A stretch of 63,968 bases of DNA, counting the filler, from Choristocarpus tenellus KU-1152 (lineage: Eukaryota > Protista > Phaeophyceae): assembly GCA_964200185.2 (NCBI GenBank). It is 11 parts of 11 records of this genome, joined end to end, with 100 filler letters (N's around TTAATTAATTAA, not from the genome) between each part and the next. Parts side by side here need not be neighbours in the genome. Positions count along the whole stretch, not along the records: positions 1 to 8,338 come from CAXNAD020004841.1; positions 8,439 to 19,489 come from CAXNAD020002540.1; 9 more parts are not named here. One strand, given 5' to 3'. A program made the position numbers and the translations under genes. Of this stretch, positions 1 through 11,875 are shown in pieces (position 1 is the first letter of the stretch; each line of letters opens with the position of its first letter). Under the pieces are notes generated by a model. It was given only the letters and a program-made list of their open reading frames with translations. It searched no databases and was not told the DNA's origin.

Positions 1-100
1 CAGTGCAGTGCACCAATCAACAGTCAGTACAAGCTGGTAGATGTGTATCATATCAACAAGAAACAAATGAGTAGCCTATGTTTCAACACCCCATCTTTAG

Positions 101-720
101 CTAAAACAATTCAGTGAAGATTTCGCTTCCACATTACCTGAGGCTATCACTCGCGCAAGACGTCATGAAGCCAACAATCTAACGGGAAAAAGACACACCC
201 ACGCTCTTGCCCCTGTCTCTTCGATTCCGTCGACTGTTCCGACTGCTGTCTCCGCTGTTTCCACCGGTCACGCCGCACAGCCTACGTTTTCTTCCGCTAA
301 AATAGCAGCACTTCAAGAAACCAATAAGCGGCTCGAGCGAGAAGTTCGAACTTTAAACCGACGTTTTAGTGGACCTTTAAACAACAGTCACGCCTCTTCG
401 AAGCCCCCTTCGACGCCCTCTACTTATGGTCATCAAAGAGGAGCAAAACATCGACACGAAGACCGTGCGTCAAATCGGTTTACCTGCGAGACCCCCCGTT
501 GTCAACAGAAGTCCAAAGCCCATGAATGGACTTGGTGTAGGGATTATGTTGACATGCCGAGAGCGCCGCCCCGAGTTACGGAAGAGGAGAAACAGAAAAA
601 GATAAGAGGAAGCTAGAGCAAGAAAATACAGTAGGAATTGATGGGGCCCAGAAGACATTAACCCCTGTAGTTCTTTTGGGTCTGAAGTCGGTTCTAGTAC
701 AAAAATCGATGGGGTTGTAA
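101..720 (+). pseudogene. gag: Gag C-terminal remnant with Cys/His knuckle
   Basis: Open frame missed by the ORF track, reading TLPEAITRARRHEANN...CETPRCQQKSKAHEWTWC, directly upstream of the protease. Confidence 0.6.
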
Positions 721-902
721 AACGAGCAAAACACGATTCGTCTATCGTAGCATTGACTCCACAAGCACAGTTTAATCCTCAACATTTTCAGGGTAAAGAT
801 GCTTCACATTCAATTTTTCCTTTGGGTCCAGAGCAGAGTCTTAATAATAAAAATACTTCTTCATGGTACTCCAGTGCATGATCACAATACACATCTCTTC
901 CT

Positions 903-1391
903 TTGTGTATAAAGTCATCTTCAAAACGTACACGTGTGCAAGGAAAAATTAATTCTGAAGCAGCTACCTTGACCTTGGACACTGCGAGCGATATACCATG
1001 TATTTCTCACAAATATATAGTTTCCCACCCTTCGCTCCAGAATTCCCATATTGAACCAATTCCAGCAGGTGCAATCAACCTTTGTTCTGCAGATGGCAGT
1101 GCTTTGACCATCATGGGTTTTATGAGATTCTCTCTTCAATTAGGTGATATTACAATCCCAGTTGAAGCTTTAGTGTTGCCCACTCTAGGACCTGATGACG
1201 TTCTGCTTGATAAGAGTATTCTTGATGCTTTTGGAGCGACATATGACTGGAGAACTCAAAGGTTATCATTCCAAAAAAGTACAACTGTCATACCTGCTGT
1301 TCATCGTGCTACCCCTTCTGTTGATATGCCATCCCCTGTTCAAATAGCAGCTGTACAAGCAAAAGTTCCTTCTATATCCCATTTCGTTTGA
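903..1391 (+). pseudogene. pol: Retrotransposon aspartic protease (pol)
   Basis: VQGKIN...LDTASDI (DTG-like), SADGSAL, VLLDKSIL (ILG-like). Confidence 0.85.
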
Positions 1392-1513
1392 AGGAAAAAA
1401 AGTCCATTCCACCAGAATCTGAAACGCTTGTATCTGCTGTAAGTGAGGAAAACCCCTCTGTAACTGGTGATGCTGTTGTAGAACCACGTGTCTGTTCATT
1501 TCATGATATTAAT

Positions 1514-1719
1514 TCATTAAATATTAACGATCCTTGGCAATTTATTGCTGTAGCTCGGACAGTTACAATGTGGGATTCTGATGATGGATCAGGGGTAGCA
1601 CAAATTGCTAATATGTCATTAAATATTGACGATCCTTGGTAATTTATTGCTGTAGCTCGGACAGTTACAATGTGGGATTCTGATGATGGATCAGGGGTAG
1701 CACAAATTGCTAATATGTC
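1514..1719 (+). repeat. 102-bp near-perfect tandem duplication inside pol
   Basis: tcattaaatatt(a/g)acgatccttgg...gctaatatg at 1514 and 1616; copy 2 has CAA>TAA. Confidence 0.95.
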
Positions 1720-1989
1720 CTCACCAACAGTTAATTTACCCAAGAATACTTTACTTGATCACATCTACCCTGCAAACATAATCAACACCAAACAATCTCA
1801 CACTATTTCTGCAACTTCTATATCTGGACCTGATCGAGAGCGTCTTAATAATGTGTTGGAACCTGCTTTTATCAACACTACTTTCTCTTCATCTCAAAAG
1901 CAAGAAAATCTGAAACTTTGTGCCAAATTCCGTTCAGTATTCTCGCTCGATACCTCTGAATTGGGAACTTGCACCATTGCAGAAGCTGG

Positions 1990-2790
1990 TTTTCCCCTCG
2001 AACCAGGTACCAGACCGATTAGTTGAACTCCATATCGTACAAATCCACAAGTGAGACGTATTATTTATAACTGTGTTGACGATTTAAAAAACAAGGATTA
2101 ATTGAACCTCGTTCTAGTCCATGGGGCTCCCCTGTTACTATTGTTGCTAAAGCAGATGGGACCCCAAGATTCTGCATTGATTATCGGCGGACTATAAATA
2201 AACACCTAATTAAACGTTCTTGGCCCATGCCTTTAGCTGAAGAACATCTTGATTTCATTGGTGCAGCAAAATTTCTTTCTATTGCAGATGTTCAATCAGC
2301 ATATCATCAGATTCCTGTGGCGGAAGCAGACATTGACAAGACTGCTTTTGTCACCCATGGAGGCAAGTTTGTATGGAAACGAGTTCCTTTTGGTTTGAGC
2401 AATGCCCCATTTATTTTTCAACGTATGATGGCTAGAGCTCTATCTGATTTTGGCACGGGGTCAGGTCTGCTATGTTACATGGATGATCTCATTCTTTGTT
2501 CGGCCACTTGGCAACACCATATAACTTTGCTCGAAAAGCTTTTTAATGCCCTTCAATATGCTGGCCTTACTTTAAAACCTTCTAAATTGAAGTTTGGTCC
2601 AGCAGAAGTTGAATACCTTGGTCATATTGTCTCTAGTGCAGGGGTACGTCTTGGAAAAGCTCGAATTCAAGCTATTGTTGAACTGCCCACCCCCCGAGCA
2701 ATAAAAGACATTCGTTCTATCCTTGGTATGTGCAATTCTTGTCGAAAGTTCATCCCACATTATACAGATCTGACAGAACCCCTTCTATAA
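1990..2790 (+). pseudogene. pol: Retrotransposon reverse transcriptase (pol)
   Basis: SPWGSPV, RFCIDYR, DVQSAYHQIP, KTAFVT, PFGLSNAPFIFQ, YMDDLI, YLGHIVS. Confidence 0.95.
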
Positions 2791-2880
2791 TTTACACTTA
2801 AAGAATTCATCTCTCGTCCTTCTGGTGAAATTGGAAAAGCATGGACATCAATTCACGATAACACATTAGAAAAAATAAAA

Positions 2881-3310
2881 ATGGCATTAACTTCGGCCCC
2901 CCTTTTACATTATCCAGGCTTTTCAAAATCCTTTGTGGTACACGTGGATGCTTCCAACCTCGGTAGTGGTGGTTTTCTTGCTCAAAAAGCTTCAGATGAC
3001 CCAACGAATACCTCACTTCATATTGTGGCTTACTTTAGCAAGAAATTTGATGGAGCACAACGAAATTATTCAGCTACATACAAAGAATGTTTAGCAGTAG
3101 TCAATGCCCATTAACCACTGTCGTCCATATCTTTGGGGTTGACATTTTGATTTATTCACTGATCATGCGGCACTCCGTTATCTGTATTACATGCCAGACA
3201 CAGATAATATGTTGACACGTTGGGCCCTTGCTCTTCAATGTTTTGACTTTACAGTCCATCATAAACCTGGCAGAGACAATGTTGTACCTGATGCCCTTTC
3301 TCGTCTTTTT
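2881..3310 (+). pseudogene. pol: Retrotransposon RNase H (pol)
   Basis: FVVHVDASNLGSGGFLAQ, YFSKKF, RNYSATYKECLAVV, then after a frameshift TDHAALRYL and HKPGRDNVVPDALSR. Confidence 0.9.
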
Positions 3311-3729
3311 GATATTGAGATTGATCGTTATACCAAAAGTACTTTCTCCTATTTATAGGAATATTCCGGAAAACACTAATTCAAATGCGGTAACCCCACG
3401 TCAAGCATACGAAATATATCCAGACCGCCTTCAGGAATTAGATATAATTCAGAGTGACCGTGAACTTTTTAGTAGTTCTGTGAACATATTTCCAACTCTA
3501 GACCACACCAAAATTCGGGACGCACAAATGAAACAATTTTCTCTTTACTTTGCGTATTTAGAAACCCCTGATTCAGTGTCTGTACCTCCCCGTGAATCGA
3601 GGTATAGCATGTCATATTCTTATGTTGATGCTGACACTAACTTGCTTTACCGATCATATTTTCCAGGGCACATACGCAGAAATTGTGCTTTTCGTGGTCA
3701 ATTAGTAGTTCCAAAAGAATTATAATCTT

Positions 3730-4780
3730 TGGCCTTGCATGCTTGCCATGATCATCCCGCTTCGGGGGGTCATTTTGGTCTTTCTCATACTCTGGACAAG
3801 GTACGAGACCGATATTGGTGGCCTATATTTCAAAAAGATGTTTGAGAGTGGTGTGAAAGATGTCAACTTTGCCAAAGACGTAAAATCTCTCACAGACGTC
3901 CTACATTACCTCAAGGACAAATTCCTGCCACTCAACCATTTGAACGGATTGCTGTTGATCTGGTACAATATAAAACCATTTCCCGCGGTTGCCGTTATGT
4001 TCTTTCGGCTATTTGTCAGTTGACACGCTTTGCTTTCTCATTCCCATTCCAGACAAACAAGAAGTGACCATTGCCAAAGTTTTGTTTGAAATGATATTTT
4101 CAATATTTGGGGCACCCGAAATCCTTCACTCTGACCAAGGTTCGGAATTTGAAAATAAACTTGTTCTGGAATTGAAGACAGTGTTTGGGTACAATAAAAC
4201 TCGAATCACACCCTACAGACCTCAGGGTAACTCTGTCTTGGAGCGTGTTCATTCTACTTTGCATCAAATGTTATCCATGTACAGTAACATTACAGAGAAT
4301 AATTGGGCAACTGTTGTTCCATTTCTTCAGTTGGCTTGCAATACGGCATACAATACCACATTACAAGAAACACCTTCCTACATTTTGGACGCCGGTCAAT
4401 TTTACCGATAGATGTCATTTTTGGTCTATCTAAAACAACAGTTGCACAATCTAGTCAAGAGTTTACTCAATCAACAGCTGAGAATTTACAGTTAGCTTTT
4501 GAATTAGCCCGTCGCAATCTGGGAGAACGGAATGCTAAGAAAATTGCTAACAATGAAACTCTTGTTTTTCCTGTGTTTCAAGTGGGAGTTAAAGTTTTGG
4601 TGCATCGGCCATATACTGACCGTGACGGACCTAATCCAAAACTGATTCATCCTTGGCGTGGACCTTTCATTGTCACCGCTAAGATTTTCTCAAAACCCCT
4701 GTAGTTTACTGTGTTCGTAAACAGGGTGACATCAAAGACATTTCTGTTCATTTAGCCCACTTGAAACCTTACATTCCAAA
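3730..4780 (+). pseudogene. pol: Retrotransposon integrase (pol)
   Basis: HDHPASGGHFG...CERCQLCQ zinc finger, IAVDL, FGAPEILHSDQGSEF, TPYRPQGNSVLER, KLIHPWRGPF (GPY/F). Confidence 0.9.
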
Positions 4781-4892
4781 CACACAACAACCACCTGAAC
4801 CTGATTTTATGAAACTCAGTGAATTTTTTCTTGGCCGAACTTTACCCTTACCAGATCTGGATGATTTTGAATCCCCGGTACCCATTGGTCCT

Positions 4893-5052
4893 TACATTAT
4901 TGAAGCAATTGTGGGACACAAGTTTGGCCGTGGACCTCGTTCACCTATGAACATAGAATATAGATTACGTCTTAAAGGCTCTGATCGTGCTTCTGATGTA
5001 TTCTATCGTCCACGTGATTTGCCACAATTTGCAGATATGATTGCTGCATATA
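4893..5052 (+). pseudogene. Integrase C-terminal chromodomain
   Basis: YIIEAIVGHK...IEYRLRLKG...DVFY...DL...MIAAY fits the chromo pattern Y-x-V/I-E-x-I...Y-x-V-K-W-K-G, with the cage aromatics degenerate. Confidence 0.7.
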
Positions 5053-6341
5053 GGCAACAACATTGTCGGGATAAATCTCATTCCAACTTGCAACCTTCGA
5101 TGGTTATCAATTCTGATCAATGAAAAAGTTTCCATACTTCATCGAATTTTCTGCTGAAGCTATTATATACATATATTTTTTCAAATATATATGTGCTGCA
5201 AATTTTATTTGTGTTTCAGACAATGATTTGTGGTTGTGTTGTTACATATATATATATCTTTTGATATGTCACATGGATGTTTATAAGTTGATTTTTTTTT
5301 GTACATGTGCACCAATGTATGAACAGCGGAGAGCCGAGTTCATTTATTTACAAATGACTCTTGCACACTTGTTTTATTTCATTTTTCTTTTCATTTCTTT
5401 TATTTTTCAGGAGGACAACTGTTTTGATCAACAGTTATTTCAGTGATGGTGTATGGCCAACTCCATCCCCATGTTTATTCATGGTTCACAATTGAGTTTC
5501 TTTTTCTTTTTTTGTTTTGTTTGTTTTTTTTCCTTTCTTTCATTTTGTTTCTAATTGATTCGAACATCAATGTGATATGCTGTTGACTTTTATATACGCA
5601 AGTATATACTGATTGGTGCTGCAGCGATTCAGCTGTAATTTGATCACGATTTCTGCGCTCCCATTGGGAGTCTCCCCTTTTCTTATTTTCCTCATTTTGA
5701 GATGATGGTTCATGTTTTTCTATCTGTATCTCCTTGCCGGAGTTAACAGAATTTCAGATATATACCGATTTTGGAAACCATGTTTTTTTATTTATATAAG
5801 ATGTTGCTATCAACACTGCAAGTGGCGGGTAAACTCGTCACAAAAAAAAACTAAATTATGGAGAAATGAAGTCGTATTCATGACAACATTGGTGTCAATA
5901 GGTCACAGTAAGTCTATCAGATTGAAATAACTACATTATCCAAGTCCTCCCCGTTTTCAGCTACACCATGACAGGGTTGATGGATTGCTGGCATTAACAT
6001 ATCCAACAGACCCCTTCCTACTTTTTACTCTTCACGAGGAATCTGGTGATAATCAACCCCCACTATGTCTCATCCTGTGGGAGGATATCATTTGATCGAT
6101 TGTACCCATTTTCAAGGTTGGTAATGTATTTTGGGGGGGATACACCCATAGTCGCTATTTCTGAATTGGTGTTTCCATCCACAATTTCTTGAGCAGAACA
6201 AGCATATTATCATGGAACTAATAGGTAGGCATAAAACTCAAGTTTTAGGCTGTTTTGTTTCAATTTCTTGAGAGGCAGAATGCAAATTTTCACGTCACTC
6301 TTCGCTCCATAACTAGCAACGCCCTCATATTTTTTTACACT

Positions 6342-6960
6342 GAGTGGTGCAATGGAAAGATAAGGATCAGTGCGTTCCACAGGTGTACTTCTCATTTGTA
6401 GGGGATCCTTGGCAAATCCACGGTGGCGCCCAGAAGTTGAGCCGTCTAGTTTAGGTTTGAAAAAATTGTGGGCGATATAATCTTGACCTGACAACGTCCA
6501 ATAAAGCAATGATTTCTTCCATGTGGTAGCTGGGAACCTCAAAATCCGGGTGAGAAGGAGTTTTTGAATGTCCAAAGTCATACGCGAGATACATACGATC
6601 CAAGACAGGGTATCACAATCAATCGTGGTTCAGATGACTTTGCAATAACAAAAAAAAACATCGTGAAGGGCAAGCCTGGCCTAAGAATATCGATGCCAAG
6701 TGGTGCATTGGAAAGATCCTAGCGTTCCACAGGTAGGTATATTTTTCATCTGCAGCAATTGCACAGTGGCGCCAAGAAGTTGAGAGGTTGGTGTGGGGAT
6801 TGACCTTGGGGTTGGAAATAATCTCCACCTCTGATGAGGTCTATTGAAGCAACGGATTCTTCCAAGTGGTAGCTGGGAACCGTGCACAGTGCCCCGCGCA
6901 ATCAGGTTTAGACAATTACAAAAGTTCGCAAGATACAACAAGTGATCCCACTCATGGGCA
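6342..6960. repeat. Diverged direct repeat, period about 350 bp
   Basis: Colinear blocks gtggtgca(a/t)tggaaaga, gcgttccacaggt, gtggcgcc(c/a)agaagttgag, gtggtagctgggaacc occur at about 6342-6540 and again at about 6698-6881. Confidence 0.7.
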
Positions 6961-7267
6961 TCACAGTTGGGTTTCTGAGGACTTTGGGACAGGCTGGATC
7001 ATGGGGAAGCAAAAGCTTGGAAAGAACGTGGGCGAGGGGTTGAGTGCACCAAAGGGGAAGACAAAGGCCAAGTTGCTAGCCTTGAGTGAAGCTGCTAAAT
7101 GTGCCCCGATGAAAAGGTTGAACCTGAGGACAGCCGAGGAGGATGAAGAGAGCGAGCTGAGGGAAAAGAACGTCACTGCTCTCCCCTGGTACTGAAGATG
7201 ACATCCCCTGGCTAGTAGAGATTGAGGAGGATGTAGATGAGAAAGATAAAGAGCAGGAAACAAGATA

Positions 7268-8024
7268 AATAATTTATTTTGGGTAACTTCTTTTTTTTTG
7301 TGGCAGGCCATTTGTTTCCCACACCAAAAATGCACAAATATTTTCTCACGAGAAATATTGAGTGAGTTATTTCTCCACACTATGCGAAACGTCGATCCCA
7401 GGGTGTTCAATCAATCAATGTGGAATGCTTTCGTGTTGTTCATCATGTCCTTAGGGTATTACTTGTATGCTCGTTCTTCCCAACTGAAAACTATGACGGT
7501 TGGGTAGTCCAGAAAAAAATATGCTGATGGGGTGAGACAGTGTTTGACTTTTGTACAGAAAGTCGTTTCCCAGTGAATGTTAAGGGGGGCAAGAAAGAAG
7601 TAAAACATTTGTAATATATAGGGTATGTATTCTCAAAGAATAAAAACGCAATGTCAAAAACATTTTTTTTCAACTTCTGGAAAACGAGAATGGTTTTTGG
7701 ACAGTTCAATGAAGTCAACATAGTTTTTCACAATTCCAAGACCGTTTGGGTTCTCCGTAAATATTGAAATAAATTCAACGCACTTGTTTCGCCCCAGAAA
7801 ATTCAAAGGGAACAGCATTTCCACCATTCAAATCCCCCCTCCAGACCACTCTTTGGATTGATCCTTCTCAAACTACCCCAACACAGCGAAATGAGACCCT
7901 TTTTGTATAATGTGGGGAAGTGGCCTACTAAATGCTTTCCTGATGAATACATTTTTGCATTTTGCTGTGGGAAACAAATGGCTCGCCATCCTAAGAAAAA
8001 AAAAGTCATCCTAAACAAATGATT
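7268..8024. mobile_element. Foldback/MITE with about 120-bp diverged TIRs and TA TSD (Tc1/mariner-type)
   Basis: 7268-7390 is a diverged reverse complement of about 7900-8024 (e.g. gccatttgtttcccaca vs tgtgggaaacaaatggc); TA at 7266-67 and 8025-26. Confidence 0.7.
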
Positions 8025-8278
8025 TACTGCTAGGAGGAGGATGTGAACGGAGAGGTGGATCAAGAGATGGCAGCCCTTGTAGAGATTTAAGGAAGTAATT
8101 CGCCTGCGTGAGCACAAAACACTTTGGTGTTTCAAGTCTTCAGTTACCCGAAAATTAATCAACAACATTGTCTGGAAGGTCAGTCCCACACAGTAACATG
8201 CAGTGGTACATACTATTTTGTGTCTTTTGTGAGCAGAATGCGCTAAATATTTGTGCTCTCTTTCCTGTTCATGCCTTT

Positions 8279-8338
8279 GACCCAAAGTATCTGGGGGGGG
8301 GGGGAGGTCTACACAAGGGTGCCCATTTGGGACAAAAC
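8279..8338. mobile_element. MITE family A, partial (contig end)
   Basis: GACCCAAAGTATCTGGGGG... matches the start of the full copy at 9432. Confidence 0.8.
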
Positions 8339-8438
8339 NNNNNNNNNNNNNNNNNNNNNNNNNNNNNNNNNNNNNNNNNNNNTTAATTAATTAANNNNNN
8401 NNNNNNNNNNNNNNNNNNNNNNNNNNNNNNNNNNNNNN
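8339..8438. other. Artificial contig spacer; also at 19490-19589, 25682-25781, 29534-29633, 33633-33732, 37309-37408, 42886-42985, 52024-52123, 54750-54849, 61343-61442
   Basis: Identical 44N+TTAATTAATTAA+44N; the 12-mer places stops in all six frames. Confidence 0.99.
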
Positions 8439-8878
8439 CCCCCAGATACTTTGACCCCTAATCCTGATGTACTTTCTCGTTAGTTACATCACATGGACTC
8501 ATTCAAAATGATAATATCTCACTATAGTCTCCCAAGTGTGCAATATAGTTCAACCTAAAGGTTGGTGATGCTATTACTTGTGCACCTTTCCTTCGCTCAC
8601 CTCTTACTTTGCAACCATTGGACGTCGCGAGTACCTTGTCCCGTTGGTGCAGATGGGACGCACTAATTCATCCCCGAACGTCGTTTAATGGGCTATCTGA
8701 CGTACCTAATGTTGATACTCGCACAGAATCAATTCGGTAAGATTTCCATCAATACAGCGTTCAACTGTCGTAGTGATTGGACAACTAGTCGGTCAATACC
8801 GATCCCAGAACAGAAAACTTCCCCCCAAATGATGTCAATACGAACCTTACTCATATTACTGCTGCTTTCTTTTCACAG

Positions 8879-8956
8879 AATTGGGGCAAAACCCAACTGA
8901 CAAAGAATTCTTTGAGGTGGTCAGCAGCGTAGACCGAGAGATGACAGGCGTTACAG
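8879..8956 (+). CDS. Single exon of a calmodulin-like EF-hand protein (calmodulin/centrin/dynein light-chain type)
   Basis: tttcacag|..LGQNPTDKEFFEVVSSVDREMTGVT..|gtgaga resembles calmodulin [25 protein letters not shown]; other exons not found. Confidence 0.65.
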
Positions 8957-9431
8957 GTGAGAGGTGCATCAACAGGCTGGCCAAACAAATCTCTTATCGC
9001 GAGCAAATCTCCTATCGAGGAATTGAGACGAAGCTTTACTCTGACAGGCAATAACGACTTCGTAAATATTGATCCACTTGCTAGACATTGTCCATGACTA
9101 CGAGAAACCAGTCACCTCTAACACAGTAATCTGAGGCTTCAAGAGTGCTCACGTATTTTCACTGATAGAGAATACCACAGAAAACTGGAGGACTTGATGA
9201 GATGGACGGACCAACTCATGTTTCCCTTTCCATTGTGATCTTCCTAACCTTGAGTAAGACTTGAGAATGGATGGGCGGATTTTACTTGTTTCCTATTGAG
9301 TACCTTTTTTTCTGAAATACTCCTGTTGATACCAAGTAGCGTTGGCACTACTCAGAATTTACTTTTAGGATTAAAAATATCAAATAAATGTATGGATATA
9401 TTTCAGTGTGCTGTTTGACTGAATCAAAGAA

Positions 9432-9610
9432 GGCTCAAAGTATCTGGGGGGGAGGGGGGTCTACACGAGGGTGTCCGTTTTGGGCCCTGACCAGGAAAAG
9501 TGCCCTTACATTATCCATCCAACACATGCAACCAAATCACCCAAAAATTGCCACATGGAAAAATAGGTCCCAAATGGACAGCCGCCGCACACCCCCAGAT
9601 ACTTTGAGCC
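9432..9610. mobile_element. MITE family A, full copy (179 bp)
   Basis: Perfect 19-bp TIR GGCTCAAAGTATCTGGGGG/CCCCCAGATACTTTGAGCC; 4-bp TSD AGAA. Confidence 0.92.
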
Positions 9611-9788
9611 AGAAGTCATTTCCTAAAATTTACTCTATTCATAATGCCATCTTTATCATTCATGATAGTACCCATTATTGCAGTTCTTTCATACATGTCA
9701 TTCGTTTTAAGCTGGAGTCACCAGGAAGATGGGCAAGGAGGGGCTTATTAGATTCGTGGGATGCTTCCTTTTCTTTTTTTTTCTTGTC

Positions 9789-9997
9789 TCCTCACCTTGG
9801 GGTGCAGGAATAGGCTTGGGACACAGGAAGGCAGTAGTGCAAGATAGATATGTGGTAGTTAAATAGGAAATAGATTTAACATTTTTCATTTTTGTGAGAA
9901 CTGTTACTTGTTTAAGGATTTTTCAGATATGTGAATAGTTTTTCATTAGTTTTTTCCCTGGCACATCTGCAAAATGTCTGAGGGCATAATAATAAAA
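9789..9997 (+). mobile_element. Family C non-LTR (SINE/LINE 3' end) copy
   Basis: Ends in ...catctgcaaaatgtctgagggcataataataa, shared with six other copies. Confidence 0.7.
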
Positions 9998-11696
9998 TTG
10001 TATTAAATCTGCATTAATGGTTGCGAACATTATGACGATAATTGTATACCTTATTTCAGCATATTTTATATACTTTTTAGACACCCAAATTTTAATTGAA
10101 CACTCTCCAACTGGAGGAAAAAGGTATTATTGTGTTACAGAACACCAAAAGAAACATTATGTATACTATGTGGAGCAGATTTTATAGTTGGAAAGGAACC
10201 TCTGAGGAGCATGACCTGCCCTGCACAACTTCATGGACTTTGCTATAATTTTACAGAGACACTGCACCTCAGAAGAGGGCCCTTTTTGGTTTTCGATTAT
10301 CTGTAGGAACTAGTCAGGAGGAGTAGGACGGTTTTTCATCTCTGTAGCCTGTGTGTGTACAGACAGGGAGTTGGCTACGAATATCTGGGTTTGTATACTG
10401 TACTTCCATTTAGAGGGACACTCAAGAAAATGCTTGAAGTGCAAGAGTTGGAGACTGGGGCTAGCGTATTGTGCTCTTGCTCAGGTGCTTGTTGCACTAT
10501 GACACACTCCTTCACATCGAACACTGTCTGAATGAATACAACATGTCATCAGACCTACCAGAACAAATTCATCCGTGCTTTCTTGCACTATGATCTCCTT
10601 CGTCACAAATCAGACACACCACAACAACACACAACTCATACGAAATCAGGTTTCAACACAGCCAAGGGCAAACTGTGTCGTCTCTGCCCCACAGACTCAT
10701 CTACGAAGTTAACTGGAGGTAATGTCGCAATTCTCCTTCTGTACACATTGCTTCCATTTTCCAGCTGCCAGGATCCTTGACCGCCATGTGTGCAAATAAC
10801 CCTGTAAACGGGAGTCTCTATTCTTGCACAGTTGTTTCAATACTCATACACAATCTTCACAAAGCCATCTTTGTGTCTTTGCACGAAAAACGCGATTGAT
10901 TTATTCCCAAATGCAAAATCTGATGAAGCGTAGGATGAAGATATGTTGGTGGGAGCAAATCTTCACATAATGGACCTGTTGAAGTGTGTCCATGTCATAT
11001 ACAAACAACAGAAACCTCAAGAAGTACTTCAGCCTTTAGGATTTGAACGTCATGAGATCGTGTAAAACATCTCGTGTAGTCCGAAGCAACTTTCCCTTAC
11101 AGAAACAATCACACACTTTTTGGACCAGTCAACTGATCTTAGTGTCATATCGCCTTCATCACGGATGGTGTCTCTGATGTAAAAAACTTGTCCACCTGTT
11201 GGTAGAGCTGACCCAAAACACCGAGATCTGCATGATATTTGCGACCTTCTTGAGGGATTGAAGGCACATGTCTCCATCTTCAACTAATGCACACTGAGCC
11301 CAAATGACCTGGCCACGTTGACAATTATCACTACTCTCATCCTGTTCAAACATCCTTGAATCTTACACACAATGCCCACATCGTCAACACAAAGTATATA
11401 CCACAGAAACCTCTCAAGTGTTCTCCCATTCCCTGCCGCTACTCCTCTGATCTGGTTACCAGTGGCAGCTACCTTGGTCCGTCCACCCGTTCTCCTCCTT
11501 CCCACTTTGTTCTCATTTTCCATTCACAACCTCCCAAAGTATCAACCACTCCGAGAAGTTGCCTATGCCTCATGTTTGGAACCGACACAGTGAATGGGAG
11601 TTTCCGAATGAGCTCAGTGACCTCAACTCTCTCACACCCGGTCTTCACAAGGGCATCTTTGTAGGACTGTGTGATTGGTGCATTCCCCTGGACTAA

Positions 11697-11875
11697 GGCT
11701 CGAAGTATCTAGGGGGGGGGGTGGCGGCTGTCCATTTGGGGTCAATTCTTTCATGTCGCGATTTTTGCGTAATTTGGTTGCATACATCAGATGGATAATG
11801 TAAGTGCACTTTTCCTGGTTATGACCCAAATGGACACTGGTGAAGACCCCCCTCCCCCCCCAGATACTTTGGGTC
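11697..11875. mobile_element. MITE family A, full copy (reverse orientation)
   Basis: GGCTCGAAGTATCT...AGATACTTTGGGTC; TSD CTAA; 179 bp. Confidence 0.9.

Larger units (their letters stand above)
101..5123 (+). mobile_element. Degenerate Ty3/Gypsy LTR retrotransposon internal region with chromodomain (chromovirus-like); LTRs not identified
   Basis: Domain order gag-PR-RT-RNaseH-IN-CHD, broken by stops and frameshifts: LDTAS (PR); SPWGSP, FCIDYR, PFGLSNAP, YMDD (RT); VDAS, YSATYKECLA (RH); HHCC, HSDQGSEF, YRPQGNSVLER (IN). IN after RH is the Gypsy order. Confidence 0.95.
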
